NCBI RefSeq assembly: GCF_036321535.1
Contig: NC_087436.1
Location: 82,152,001-82,216,000 of the forward strand
Length of the DNA stretch: 64,000 bases
DNA from: Camelus dromedarius
Lineage: Eukaryota
Reading direction: 5' to 3'
The notes beneath the pieces were generated by a model. That model saw only the letters and a program-made list of their open reading frames with translations. It had not been told where the DNA came from and did no database searches. Positions within the stretch are counted from its first letter, which is position 1, and every line of letters begins with the position of its first letter. Made by a program: the position numbers and the translations under genes. Shown here piece after piece: positions 24,351 through 37,735 of this stretch.

Positions 24351-27300
24351 GAAAAATTAATTTAAATTGTTGGACTCAGTGGATTCATAAGTCAGTCTGT
24401 TCTAACCACAGGAGTTTCCTTGTGCATTGTTTACTTTTTTTTTTTTTTTTTTTTTTAGTGAAAAAGGTAGAGGGGAACTTAAATGAAACTGAATTTTGTA
24501 GCACTGAGAGTGAATACATGAGCTGACCATGGCACTATTCTCTCATTATTTGGTATTGTTATAAGGTGATATTCTTCATTTGATATTGATGAGTGGTGTA
24601 TGACTAATTTTTCATGTGTATTTCTTCTCTGTAGTTGGTTCCTTAAGATAATTGTGTCACATTTTTAGTATCTCCTGCATGAGCTAGAAGTACTTTGAAT
24701 GTGGGAGGGACTACTTAAGTGTTTCTTGGCTTGTGAACTTTCATAAATTGAGGCTGCATATTTCACTCCTTCATTGTAAAACCTAAAAGTAGAAGATTGA
24801 TAATTTTGTTTTGATTTGTGGTTGCTTTCTTCTGCTAGATATGGAAGACATTGAATTGAAAGGTCAGTTGCCTAAGTTTTACAAATTAGATTTTGGGTAA
24901 ATATTTTGAAAACAGTGAATATTTGGTTTGTGTTTTCAGAGATGGGGAGAAAGAGGCAATCACTTAAAAATGCAACATCAGTTAAAACAGGGCATATGCT
25001 ATCCCTCCACTCAGATCAGTGTGTGCTTCCTTTGGAATCTGTAAGCACAACAGATACATTGACTAGTCTTTGTGGAAATTGTAACAGACTTGCTTTTTTT
25101 AATGTGAAATACTTACAGATTATGGCTTTAGTTTCTAAATCCTGATCTAAAGCACTTGGAGACTGTACTTTCTTGGAAGTATATACAACCTGGTACGCCC
25201 TTTTTTGTGGACGAGTAAGCCTGTATGATGGGTAGGGGTAGACATGGAGTCCCATCAGTTTGTAGGTCTTTCCTTTTCTATGAGGATTAGCTTGCTTTAT
25301 ATTGAGGAGTGTGTTGATGGATGAAATAGAAAGGAGGGCTTTGGTACTCCATCTCTGCTGACCCCTTCATTGAAGCAATTTCTGGATTCTAGAAAGGAAC
25401 ACATACGTATTTTACACTATGGACAGGGATTAACCGGTTTAAAATGCACCTTGTGCTATTGGAGAAGCCCTGGCCCGCCCCCACCTTGTAGGGAGGGGTG
25501 CCTGAATGGGAATGGGGGAGTTGAACTTGCTTCTTTAGGAGAGTAGCTTCTGGTGGCTGAGCACATCTTTTGAGGAAGATGTGGAAATTCGGTTTAGTCA
25601 ACTCTCCCACAGTGTTTTTGTTTGAATTTGACTAAAGTTAATGAAGTTTAAAGAAATAATAATAGAGCAAAGTCAGATTGTTCCCAAGATTATTATGAAG
25701 CCGGTTTTTGGTGGATGTGACTCTGGTGGGGGACATTTTCCATTGCAAAGAGCAGTACTCTTAAACTGGTCTGGAACCAGTTTGCTCCCCCCTCTGCCCC
25801 CACCCCTGATTTATGAGCTCTATAAAGATTACCTTGGAAGAAAATTTGCAAAAGCAAAGAAGCTCTGATTAAATATGAGCAAATATCAAAGAAGAACACT
25901 GGTGTTTTGGAAAGTGCAGTTCAAGGAAGTGATTTCAAGAGGGAAATAATTTATGCAGTGTTTCGACCCAGTGAATGTCTTCAGTTTTTCCCTTATGACA
26001 CCATTGTAAATAGTGTCCTTGACAGAAGAGAAACACAGACAGGTCTCTTAAGTGGTTTCCTTCTAGTTCATCCTGAGAGCCCAGCTGAGCTTCCTGACTT
26101 GGACTAGAGCTTCTTGCATGATAAAGATGGAAAGAGGATTGAGTCGTCTTTTTTTGAGTCAGCTGGTTTGTGGGGATGGTCTTTGGCAAAATTAATACAA
26201 GTGGTCTCAGGAGAGTTAGAGGATTCCATGCTGCACCATGAAAAGGCATTCAGTAGCTGGTTCTATACTCTTTGAAAATGGAATTTAGTGAATGCTACAT
26301 TTAAGTAATTTAAATTTTAAATATAATATATTTAATATTATCTTAATCATGGATAAGAGGAAACTCTCATCTTGGTACTGTCACTTGTTTTGAGCATCCA
26401 AATCTTTGTATTACTTAATAGCTGTAAAATGGAGGAATTATAAAGCTGAGTAACTTCATTACTGCTTTGAGAGTTAACAGTCAACTGGTTTGCTTTTAAA
26501 TATATAAACTAGGTTTTTCTATTTGCAAATTTCTCTTTCATTCATTTTCTAAGGTAGGAAAATAAACATATTTCCAAAATCTGTCTTCTGAAAGGGAAAA
26601 TCCTGTATGCGAGATGTGGTGAGGAGGACTATGAACACCAGTGTATCCTGACTTTCCCTCCGGACTACTTGGAAATACAATCTGCACCTTCAGGACAAAG
26701 TTTCTTGGCTTAGAAGTACAAACATAGCAAGCTTGGGTGTCATAATCTCTTTGTTGCGGTTCAGTTACATTTTATTGATAGGGGTGGGTGCATGAGTTAC
26801 CTCTTAAATGATTGCCTGTCTTTTTTACTCAAGTAAAAAAAAAATGGGGAAAGCTAAAGTTGTGGTCCTTTAAGTTCTGCTTCAGATTATTCTTAATTCA
26901 CTTTAGTATGAATATTCATTTGCTTAAAATAATACAGCAAGTAGAATGCAGAATAATGTCTTGCTCAAATATAAATGTACCAGATGAAGTTTAGCTTTAC
27001 ACCTGGGGTGGGGGGATAAGATTTATAACTTAATGTTAATGCCCTTGGAGACCCAAAAGTAAAAATTAACTTTAATAACCATCCCAGTGCTGACTTTTTG
27101 TGTCTTGGCAGTGAACAGTGTTGAGAATCCTGCCCCTGTGCAAACTTTTCCCTTTTCCTATCTATCCACAGTGAGTTAAAGCTTAACTTGATGGTCACAA
27201 AGCTGGCAGACTTAATATCCTGAAAGTCTTTTTTCTCTGGTGAACGTCTGTTGTTTTCTAGCATTGGTTTATTGGCTTCGTTTTTAATTTAACTAGATTG

Positions 27301-27740
27301 GACTCCTATCAGGTTCTTAAAGCTATTAGCCAAAGCAGTAATGTGATGTCAGACTTAATATATTAAGAGGAAATCCCAGTAGTGACATCTTGTCAAAAGG
27401 AACTGAAGCAAACAGAAGGGGGAAATATATTATATTTCTATTGACAGCTAAATTGTCTTTTATTCGGTATTAGGTACTGTTTCCAAAGGGCACCCACAGT
27501 TCCACCACGTTCTAAAAGGACCACGGATTGTTCTTTCTCCTTGGAGCCCTGCGGACCACACGATCCCTCGTTTGGGTGGACTGAGGAGAGTTAAGGATGC
27601 GGCTCTTGAGTCGCTGGCTTGGTCTTTATTTTGCCCGGAAGGATCTTGTCTTTCTTTTCAGTATTGCTTGCTGCTGGATTGGCAATTAAGCAAATACAAG
27701 TAATGGAATATGTTAGGAGCCAATGTGTTTATATTAAGCT

Positions 27741-27905
27741 CAAGGTTCTCAAACTTGATTAGACACAAGAAACCCCATGAGTACTGCTTCACGTGCAGAT
27801 TCTGCTCTCCACTCCCCCTAGAGATTCCTACTGGGCAGGTCCGGGGTGGTGCTTGGGTGGAGCCCTGCTGGGTCTGAGGCCCGAGGCCCAGCGACCACAG
27901 TGTGA
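27741..27905. mobile_element. MER5-like fragment
   Basis: ggttctcaaacttga...tgcagattct...cccctagagattc...ggtccggggtgg. Confidence 0.65.
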
Positions 27906-29051
27906 AATGGGGAGTGTGCGAGAGAGATGCAGTAGCGTATACACGATATCGTGTAATGCAGTCCCATTTTGATTTAATATTTATTCATATATACACGTGT
28001 TTCCCCCATTCAATTCAAGTAAGAGATCGGTAGAGAAGGTAGACGCACCTGTTACTGCCTGTATTAGCTGAAATGTCCAAATGCACCTGTATTTTAAAAG
28101 TAAAAAGAAAAGGAAGGTACCAAGAAGTAATGTCCACTGTTTGATCAAGCAGCGCTTCCCCAAGAAGCTGGATACTTAATTTACCCTTTCCTATCCACTC
28201 TGGGCTTCCTCACAAAACTATTAACTCATGCTCTACACGTGACCGCCCCCCCCCCCCCCGTTTATCAGGTGACAGTTGTTTTTGTTCACAGGGAAAAGTT
28301 ATAACTAATTGCGAGTTGGTCAGTTATATCCAGACTTTTGGAGCTGAAATGAAAGTTGGGTGTTTTTTTCTTGTTTTAAACAAAAGCATCGACTAGATAT
28401 ACTGTCGTCGAACAAATGCTGTGCAACAAAGTTTTTAAATGGGACTCCTATGGGAAGTAAATGTTAAAATTATAGCAGATGTCAGTTCCTGTAACAAAAT
28501 TCAGGAAACACTTTTTGGTATGTGGGTGTTGTAACTTTTCAATTCTTGGAACTTTTCCTTCAGGAAACTGTCCTGTCAAAAGCAGAGCAGTAGATAAAAT
28601 ATGAAGCACAGTTCACAGACTGTCGTGCAGTGTAATTAAATTTTGATTTGGGGCATATGTTTTTGTGGTCGATAGAGCAGAGGCTATCATGTGACTTTCA
28701 TCCTGGATGACGTGCATCTGGATAACTTGTTAAATTGCTTTTCTCCCTCTCCCCATTCTTGTTGCTTTAAAAATACAGGTGTATCTGATTTACTCTGCAT
28801 GTGAATTTATGGAAAGTGATATAAAATTAACCAGTTCCCACTGTTCTGTGCAAAAGTATGAAACCTGTTTTCTGTCCAGCTTTGCAGAACTTAAGATATT
28901 TTTATCTCATGATTGACAAATTAATATTTGACCATAGAAATTTCTAAGTACCTGTCTAATAAGTTGGTAACTTTAGCTGCCAAAACATTGATAAAGATTT
29001 GAGTCCATGATATTAGGATTTTAATTTTGTTCTTTAAAGGAAAATAACCTC

Positions 29052-29086
29052 ATCGCTTCTCAGCCTTTTGACTAAGGTCAAGTGTA
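29052..29086 (+). pseudogene. 3'-truncated U2 snRNA retropseudogene (U2 nt 1-35)
   Basis: atcgcttctcagccttttgactaaggtcaagtgta is a 32/35 match to the U2 5' end. Flanked by near-identical direct repeats aaaggaaaataacctc (29036-29051) and aaaagaaaataacctc (29086-29101). Confidence 0.92.
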
Positions 29087-30130
29087 AAAGAAAATAACCT
29101 CTCAATGACTGAATAAGCTGTTTTAAGTAGGTTTTTTTGCGTTGTTGTTAAAGGCAGATATTTTTTGTACAGCGTTCTAGACAGTAAACCAAGGTAAAGC
29201 TCTCATTTTATGTTTTTTTCCCAAGTAACTTTGACCTAGCATTTATGCCTCTAGAAATTCTGTTTTTCTGTTTTTTTCTTTTATAGTCTGTGTATTTCCC
29301 ACTCCCCCCCAACCCCGCCCTTAGTTCCCTTTTAGAGTTAAACCATTCTTGTGCTAACTCTTCATTTAAAAAAAAAAAACTGTGTAAATACAAACTTTGT
29401 ACCACATGGAAAAAATTAGGCAGCAGCATTTACTAACATTAGGATAGTAAAAGGGTATAATGAAACCCAGTGTGTTACATTTGTTTCAGAGTGAAGTTCT
29501 GCTCCCTGAAGATGTTGGAAAGAATAAGCACATTAATGTCTGTGTCACTTGGTTTTAGCAAAATTTAAAGTAAACCAATTAAACTTAGTTTTTGTTTTTA
29601 AATGGGAATTGTGCCCAGAAGACAAAAAGCCCTAGATTGGAAGTTGTAAAAGAATGAATTTGATAAATTCTATCATTTTCCTCATAGTGTTAGGGTTTTT
29701 TGTTTTAATCCTCATGATAGGGGCCTAGTCTTAAAAACAGAAACTTCTTCATATGTTTATTTTAACACTCATACTTTTCTAAGGAGAGAGTGAAAATCTT
29801 TAGATTTACTTAATGTGAGTTTAATTTAGTCTTAAAAATCATGACAGTTCTCACGACAAGCCTAGAACAGAACTTGGTTTCTGAGGTCACCCATAGTTCT
29901 GTGTGACACCCGTAAGGTATTGGTATTATTGATTATTTTAAAGAGTGAAGTAGAAGCTTACCCCTGGTTGGTCTTTTGGTAGCTCAGTAAATGACTTTTT
30001 TTGTAAAGGAGAAGAAGAGTGATTAGCTTTAGTCAAGGTCCATTCACCATCACGCAGATCTTTTATCTCCTGTGTTACTTCTTGTTTTATGAATGCTTCT
30101 TTCCAGCCTAAGTTCTTAATTTTTTCCCTC

Positions 30131-30670
30131 TATAGCTTTGAGGTCTATTTTACATATCATAAAGTTGACCATTTCAAGTGTACAATTTAGTGGTTTTTAG
30201 TTACTTTACTGACTGATGCAACCATCACCATTCATCTGTTTTAGAACATTTTATCCCTCCAATAAGATCCCTCATGCCCCATCCTACCATTAATCTACTT
30301 TCTGTCTGGGTGTAAAGTTGCCTTTGGTGGGCACTTCATGTACACAGGACCTTGTAGTTTGTTACATCTGTCTTTTTTCACTCACATAATTTTTTGAGGT
30401 TCATCTATGGCATATCCTGTGTCAGTAGCTCTGTTCTTTTAGTTGCTGAGTAATTAATTCCATTGTCTGGATAGGGCAGACTGGTTGTTTCCAGCTTTTT
30501 TGGAGGGGCAGTTAGCATTTGAATAATGATGCTATGAACATTTGCATGCAAGTCTTTATGTAGATGTATTTTTCTTTTTCTTAGCTAGGTACCTAGGAGT
30601 GGAATTTGCTGGGTCTTAACGACAGTTTTATGCTTAACTTTTTGAGAAACCACCAAGCTGTTTTCCAAAA
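30131..30670 (-). mobile_element. Old LINE-1 3' fragment (L1MB/MC-like)
   Basis: Typical antisense L1 motifs: aagtgtacaatttagtggttttt, aataatgatgctatgaacatt, cctaggagtggaatttgctgggtc, aaaccaccaagctgttttccaaa. Confidence 0.85.
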
Positions 30671-32719
30671 TACATGCTCACCCAAGGCTTATCTTCTAAA
30701 ATCATATTCAGTATGACAAACCAGTCTGATTCACTTGGTTTCTTGTGTTATGTACTATGTCCATAAAATAGTTGGGCTGTGAAAATAGTGGTTCTGAGAT
30801 GTGATCCATTTTGCATTTGATTATTAGGAAATGTTTTAAATTTATATATGACTTAAAAATGCAACTCTTTTTTTTCCTCTCATAGAAAATTCTTCACAGT
30901 ATTTCTTAAATTAGTTGGGCTTTTTGATGAAGAAACTTATTAAAGACTGTTTAAAGAAAACCAAGTTAAAATTTAAAATATCAGTGCATGCTAACTGTTG
31001 TCCAAGTTGCAAAAGAAACTTCCAGCCCACAATTCGGATACCACAAATATATTATTAAATATAAATCTTTTATTTCATAACTGCAGAATGGCCCTAGAAA
31101 TTGTCACTGCAGTGTACTTTTTAATAAAAAGCATTCAGGCAAAAATTAACTGTTCTCATTCACTACAGCCTCACACACACAGCTATGTTATCTAAGTGAA
31201 GCTTCTGGAAATTATCGTTAAAACTTGGGTCCTGCCAGGGGAAGGTGGTGATCACATGTCCTCAGTCAGTGGTGTGCTCCAAACTTCAGGAAAACAAAGA
31301 TCTATTTTAAAAACAAAGGTTTCATTAAATGCTCTGAAATTGTCTGTTGGTGCATGTGTGATGGTAATAAAAGCAGGTCATCTTTTCAGCACCCCCTTGC
31401 TATTCTGTTTTTTTTTTTTTTTTTTTTCTTCCTTAAATGCAGTGAGGCCCTGGTTTGTTGTCCACTGTTTGGCCTGTCTTGAGTAAATTTGCCCAGCATG
31501 CTTTCTGCATTGGAGGCTTTGGTGTGTTATGGTGTGTTATCGGAATTTACCACTTCTGGTATTAATTTACCTACTTAAAGATTACATATCAAGTATTAAT
31601 AGCTTTATGACTGTGGTCTATCCACAGGCATGGACAGTGCTTTTAATATTGGTTCTCCACGTCCTGCATTGATGGGTCCAGCCGCAGCACATGCAAGGCT
31701 CTGAGCTGCTTCAGGCAGAGTCCCCCTTCCTGCAAGGAGACAAAATCAGCAAACGGGCGGCAAAGCAGCTGAAAACTGTTAAGTGCTTCAGCGAAAACCC
31801 AACGGGGCGGTGGCAGAGAAGGGAGTGCGGGGAACTTGGTCTCATGTGGGCATGAGGACCTTCGAGGAAGTTGACTTGAAATGGAGAAAAAGCAAGTCGT
31901 AACGTGTTAGAATGAATTGTCCTTTCAGAATTTGCATAGGAATCAGTGATGCTGAAGGGGGAGGACCGGCATTTTAAACAGGGCAAATACAGTTTTAGGA
32001 AATAAGCATTGTGGGTCCGTTTCTTAAAATAAAATTTTAATTATTCCTGTGGATTAATTCTACCAAAACTCAGACCTGTTTTTTAAAAAAAATTTTAATG
32101 AAGGCATAATGTGTTCCGTAACAGTGTAACTTGAACTTTTAAAGTGGAGACTATATTTTCTAAGCGTTTGCTTTGATGGGTGCATAAATATAAACAAGTT
32201 AGCCATGTGGAAAAGAAATTTGAGAGGACATTTTTCTTAGTTTGGATGTGATGGAATTAGAGAAGTCACAGCTCAGTGAGGACAGTCATAAGGGAATGAA
32301 GATTTAGACTGTGAGGAGGATATTTAAGCCTGGCGATTTAAAACGGTCAGTAGTCTGCATGGCATCTTCCTATACACGTGTAAGACTGCTGTGGGGAGTG
32401 GGGTGAAGGATGGCCTCCACCTCTGCCAAAAACAGATCTTGAAGAAATAAATAATTTATAAGTGTTAAGAGGCTTAAGCAGTGCCCAGGAATGAACTTCT
32501 TGTTGAAGATAGTGAAGCATGAAAATGCAGTAGAAGGTGGTGGTCTTTTAGTGTATATAGAAATAGAACATAGATAGTCTCCTACCTTGGGTATTTTAGG
32601 AGGTAGCAGATGGTTTTAACTACCTTTTTCTCAAGGGATTCTGTGGCTTCTTGAAAAATGTGATCACAACAAACTACTGTAGGAACTGAAAGTTCTTACC
32701 CTCTGCATGCATCACAGCT

Positions 32720-33130
32720 GTATTTGATCACAGAGTTGCTTCAAGGATCCTGTGTTCGTTATCACCGCTTCTCTTTCGTACCACTATTTTACAGTTATTT
32801 TCAAATAAATGTACTAAGTTGTAGACCTTCTGTGGCATAATATATGGTACTTTTATGACCATATTGTGAATATGTGAAAAGAAGGTATATTCTTTATTTT
32901 CAGGGTCCACAGTTAAATGTGGGTTTGTACCTTAGACCTATTTTGCATTATTTCTATATTCTTATTTTTGTCCACTTATTCTGCCCTGGACCAAGACGTG
33001 AATAAAAGTCTCATACAATTAAAGAGTTTCTATCTCTCCTACTAACTGCTGAAGTTTTTGCTTTATGAATGGTGATACGATGACTTTGGTGCAGAGATAC
33101 TCATAGTTGTGAGTTTTAGGTCACTCCCCT
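32720..33130 (-). mobile_element. Ancient L1 ORF2 endonuclease-region fragment
   Basis: ORF 32728..32910 DPENKEYTFFSHIH resembles the L1 endonuclease motif HP...EYTFFS..H. Confidence 0.6.
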
Positions 33131-34065
33131 TGAAGGTACTAGTTGCTTACATATACTCCCAGGAAGTGTCAGGAGTACTGGTGATGTACATGTCTAAAAT
33201 AAAAGATCTATCTTCACATTTTTCATCCATGTGGATTTTATTTTGGTTTAAGGAGTGGCAGAGGGGGTCCAGCCCCCCCACCCCCACCTTCCCACTCAAA
33301 AACTAGGCATTCTGTTCTCCGTTCAAGAGCCATCATCAGACTGAATCGCTGTCGCTTTATAATGTGTTTTGATATGTGGCTGAGCCAACCTCTCTTCTTT
33401 ACCCTTTGTGCTTTCAGAATTTCCATGGATATTTTCTCATGTATATTTTTCAAAATCAACTTGAGTATTTTGTCAAAAAGTGGTGGCTTTTAATAGAATG
33501 ACTTCCTAACAAACTTGTAAAACCTCATCCTGTTTTTCAGAAGTATTTAAGAGTTTTAAATGGGATTACTGTGTTCTCTGTAGATTTTCATGGAATGGAA
33601 AAGGGTAAGTTAGAGTGCCATGGGCTGAATCACCAGCCAGATGCCACTCCTTTATCTTGGAGACATTTGAGAAATGCTGTTTGCCTCAGTTTCTCCAAAA
33701 GAGAAAAATGTACATTTGCTTTTGTCATGAGTGAATGTGTTATTAATTCTCTAAGTGGGATCATGTTTCTCTAAGTGATGTCTGACTAGCTTTTGGCAGA
33801 AGGAGCATTTTGTAGACTCTATTGCTGGGGATAATATCTCACTTGCTTGGTCATTCACTTTTCCTTGACCATAATAGATATGGCTTAGGCTCTTTAAAAT
33901 CTTTTTGTAGTTCAGTAAAATGAAAGTAACACTATATTAAAGTTAATTGTAATTACAGTGAAAGATAAATATCTTCCTTAAATCTCAACAGCTTGACCAG
34001 AGGTTTGTTTCCTTTTCAGCTTTTCTTTACACATTAAATATTTTCACATAGTTGAATTATTCTTT

Positions 34066-34219
34066 TTTTTAATTTTTTGAGTAAAAGTAGATTTATTCAG
34101 AGAGATACACTGAAAGGCAAGAGAAAGGCCATGCGGTGTGGGTGTTGGGTGCTCAGATTAAAAGTTAGGTACACACTCCATAGACAGAATGTGGGCCGAC
34201 TCTGAAGAGGGAGAGGGCC
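34066..34219 (-). mobile_element. Poly(A)-tailed retroposed fragment resembling an ERV LTR 3' end
   Basis: The minus strand ends ...gtgtatctctctgAATAAAtctacttttactc followed by an A-rich tail. 16-bp TSD agttgaatt(a/t)ttcttt at 34050-34065 and 34220-34235. Confidence 0.75.
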
Positions 34220-35489
34220 AGTTGAATTTTTCTTTATATATGTTTGATAAGTGATTTACTTACTTTAGACTGTTGTAATTTTTGAGATTGTTGTTTTTCT
34301 CTTAAATTTGAAAAGGAATAGATAAGATTTTCAGAACTTTTATACTTAGAAATGTCGTGCTAAGAATAATTTTAAAAGCCAAACGAGTCCAGTTAATATT
34401 GACTGAAACAAGAAGTTACTTTATAAAACATCTAGGAGCCAAGGTAGGAATGGAGAAATTAACACACCACCACTTGGATTTAATAGATGTTACCGTCTAT
34501 TCCTAGTTCTGATTGTGGAAACGTACACTGAACACCATACTTATGAACCTCACTTTTGCTTGTAAGATTTTCATAGTTGAAGAGCTAATATGGCCCACAG
34601 ACTTGTAATAATTGAAGATTCCTTGTAGGATTTTTTCTTTTCTATTCACACGTGCAGATAATGTACAGGCATGCTCACGTTGCCTCAGTAGAAGTTGGAA
34701 TCATACAGAGACTGAAATCATAATTTCTAGCCATGCCTTTAAATATTAGTTTGAAAAGTTGCTGTTTTGTTTCTTGCTATCAGTCTCACTTTAAAATTGA
34801 CAAGAAAATAAACAGATTTTTGGCAGTTGCCTTTAACTTTGTAAATCTTAATCTGAATTATGTTTGTTTAAATTACCAGGAATAGAAAATTCAGATACTT
34901 AGATTTTTATAGAATTCCTTTAAAAATTGTGCCCAAACTGTAGGATGACAAGGGTCCCTGAATTATTCGTTTACTTGAGGGAAACATTTCTGATTTAATT
35001 GAAAAATTTTTCACCACCATTATGTTTTCATAGTTGAGCTGGTAAGAGTGGGTAGTTATTTCAATAGGTGTTGGGAATTAAAAAAAAAAAAAAGCATAGC
35101 TAGTTTCCTGATTACTAATTGCTTTTCTCCCCAAAATGGGTTTGGAACACAGAAAGTGTTTTGCAGAAGCAGCAATGAGATTCATGTGATGAAGGTTTCC
35201 GCCCCCAGACTGAACCCAGAATGTTTTCTCACTTTTGCTGTCAAAATGTCAAATATTTGAAACAATAATGGTGATGAAACAAAGTTTACAAACCATGCTT
35301 GAGTAAGATGGGTTATCCTATACTTAAGTTAGTTTTTGTTTGGCAGGAGGGAGGGAGGAGTGGTGTGAGGAGTCTTTAGGCTTAGTAGAAGGAAATTGTA
35401 GGAGAAAATGAATTTTTGGGGCAGTATTTCTGTTGGTAAACCTGGGCGCTTTGAAGGACAGAGGCTTTATGTATAATTTTGGTATATGA

Positions 35490-35660
35490 TAATAGCAGTT
35501 ACTTATTGAGCATTCTGTTATATTCTGAGTCCTGAGCCAGGAGCTTTGCATGTTTGATATTGGATCTGTAAGGCAGAGATGGTCACTTCCATTGTACAGA
35601 TGAAAAAACTGAGGCTTGTGAAGATTAATTGACCCGGGTTACACAGCAAGTGACAGCTGA
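35490..35660 (-). mobile_element. MIR SINE
   Basis: ttattgagcat...ccattgtacagatgaaaaaactgaggctt...gttacacagcaagt. Confidence 0.7.
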
Positions 35661-36454
35661 CACAAGCCTCTATTAAGCTACTCCAGACTTTTATTTAAAT
35701 GTCTTTGTCCTGTATACACTATCCATATGGCCTGTGTTCCTTGGTTTACTAATGGAGCGAAGGAAGGATGGAGAAAATGGAACATGATTGTATGTGTATG
35801 TCTGTCTGTCTTTGAACTGTGACTGTGAAACGAGGAAAGGGAGGGAGAATAGGGAAACCTGGTATTTATAAAATTCCTCTTAGGGTGAAGAAATGTGCAG
35901 AAGAAATGTGAGGTCAGTCTTTCCTAATGCCCAGCACTGGGAAGTGCCTTTTCCCCTGCAGCTTGGTCGCCACATGGTGAATTAGGGAGAAACGATGGAA
36001 CTATTTGAAGTTGTAAGGTATTTGTAATTCAGGCAACTGCTGTAATATCTGGAAGGGGAGATACACATGGGTAGAACCTTTCTGGATGAAAGATGTAAAT
36101 CCTTCTGACCCCTCATCTTCCTTCTTACAAGGATGCCACTTCCTTATAAGAAACTCTTTGTGGAATGAAACAGGCATATTTCTGCCTCTTCCTTTTTAGT
36201 ATGAAATGTACGTACCTCTTTGCCTCCCATGCAGGACACCACACTTTTCATGCCATCCTTCGATTCTCCCTTTTTTTCCTGCTGTTCTCTCACCTGTTCT
36301 GAATGCTGTCAGCTCTAAAAAACCATTGCATTGTGTTTAGTATTGAATTATTTTACTTTCTCCTTGGGGAGGAAAGGAATGGGAAGAGCAGAGAAAGAAT
36401 GGAGGCAACATCTGTGCTGCTTTGCTCAGCTCTTGGACTCCAGCTGTATGTGTT

Positions 36455-36635
36455 AATAATAACTCACAGCTACTGAATACTTAACTGTGTGCCAGGCACT
36501 GGGCTAAGCATTATGTATGCATTAGGTAATTCAATTGTCACAACAGTCCGAAACCTTTGGTACAATGTCTCTATTTTAGAGAAGGGGAAACTAGAGCTTA
36601 GGGTTTGTGACTTACCCTGTTAGCCATAGCTTGGT
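36455..36635 (-). mobile_element. MIR SINE
   Basis: actgtgtgccaggcactgggctaagc...attttagagaaggggaaactagagctta. Confidence 0.7.
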
Positions 36636-36757
36636 AAAGATAGTCTGGAAGGTGCCTGTCACAAAAGTAGCTATTAGGAAAGATCTCCATGTTTGTCTTC
36701 AATCTGCTTTCTCGGTAGAAAAGGAATTCAGTGACTTGGGGACTATTTCTCATTCTC

Positions 36758-37125
36758 CAGTAGTGGCTCTCAACATGGGGGAGAAAGGGAAAAAAGGAAG
36801 AGAGTATATATTACCACCCCCCCCCATCCCCAGGGATATTTGGCAATGTCTAGAAACATTTTAATTTATTTATTTCAATGGAAGTACTGGGGTTTGAACC
36901 CAGGACCTCGTGCTTGCTAAGCACTGCACTCTACCGCTGAGCTGTACCCTCCAACTCCACTTCCCACCACGCGTATTTGATTGTTACAGTGGGGAGGAGG
37001 GTGTGCTACCATCATTTAAGATAGAGGCCATACTGCTAAACATCCTGGAAATGCACAGGACAGCCACCACCGCAGAGAACGATTTGGCTCAGAACATCAG
37101 CAGTGCCATGATTGCGGACCTCTGC
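36758..37125. mobile_element. MER20-like hAT element split by a SINE
   Basis: gtggctctcaac...cagggatatttggcaatgtctagaaacatttt [SINE] ...gaggcca...tgctaaacatcct...atgcacaggacagcc. Confidence 0.82.
36863..36952 (-). mobile_element. tRNA-derived SINE (Vic-1-like, short form) nested in MER20
   Basis: ggaagtactggggtttgaacccaggacctcgtgcttgctaagc...ctctaccgctgagctgtaccctcc. Confidence 0.88.
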
Positions 37126-37554
37126 TCTCCAGGTCCCCTTCATCATAGGTGTGCTTCAGAGAGCACCTGTACCTTGTCATCAGACTTCCAGTTAATCAGT
37201 GCTGGCCCCAAATATGAGTTACTTAGCCTTTTGGGACACAGTACACAAGACATTGCTGGGTACCGTGGGGATTACACAGCCCTATAGAAAAGGGAGAAGT
37301 GGTCAGACTTCTCATAGAAACTCAGAAAATGGAAGAAACACTTCTGAGTGTGGTGAGGGAAGGATTTGTTGAAGCAGAAGGGCCGTGGTGTGGGCACCAG
37401 CTTGAATGGATACAAGCTGTGAATTAGGAAAGTGTCAAACCTGAGTGGGTGAAGAGCTGGGTATAGTTTTTAGGGCTGGAGTTGCATCTGGGGGGCATTT
37501 TTAGACTTCTTGCTTACCCACTTCAGTGCTCTGTTGACTGTGCAGTTTAGCAGT

Positions 37555-37735
37555 CATTAGCTCACTTAATCCTCATATTAATCTTAGGGACTTGGGGCTA
37601 TTATTAGCACCCCCCCCCTTTTATGGCTGATGTAACTGAGACTCAGGTTAAATGACTTGCCCAGAGGATCACAGCTGGCAAGTGGCAGAGCCCAGTTTGA
37701 CCCCTTGCTAACTCCAGAGACCATGCTCTTACCCA
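37555..37735 (-). mobile_element. MIR SINE
   Basis: ttaatcctca...aactgagactcaggttaaatgacttgcccagaggatcacagctggcaagtggcagagcc. Confidence 0.75.

Noticed and set aside
26530..26560. Possible recursive splice site (ttttctaag|gtagga)
   Set aside because: AAG acceptor and weak regenerated donor; unsupported without nascent RNA data.
36910..37287. 125-aa ORF
   Set aside because: Runs through a SINE and MER20; chance open frame.
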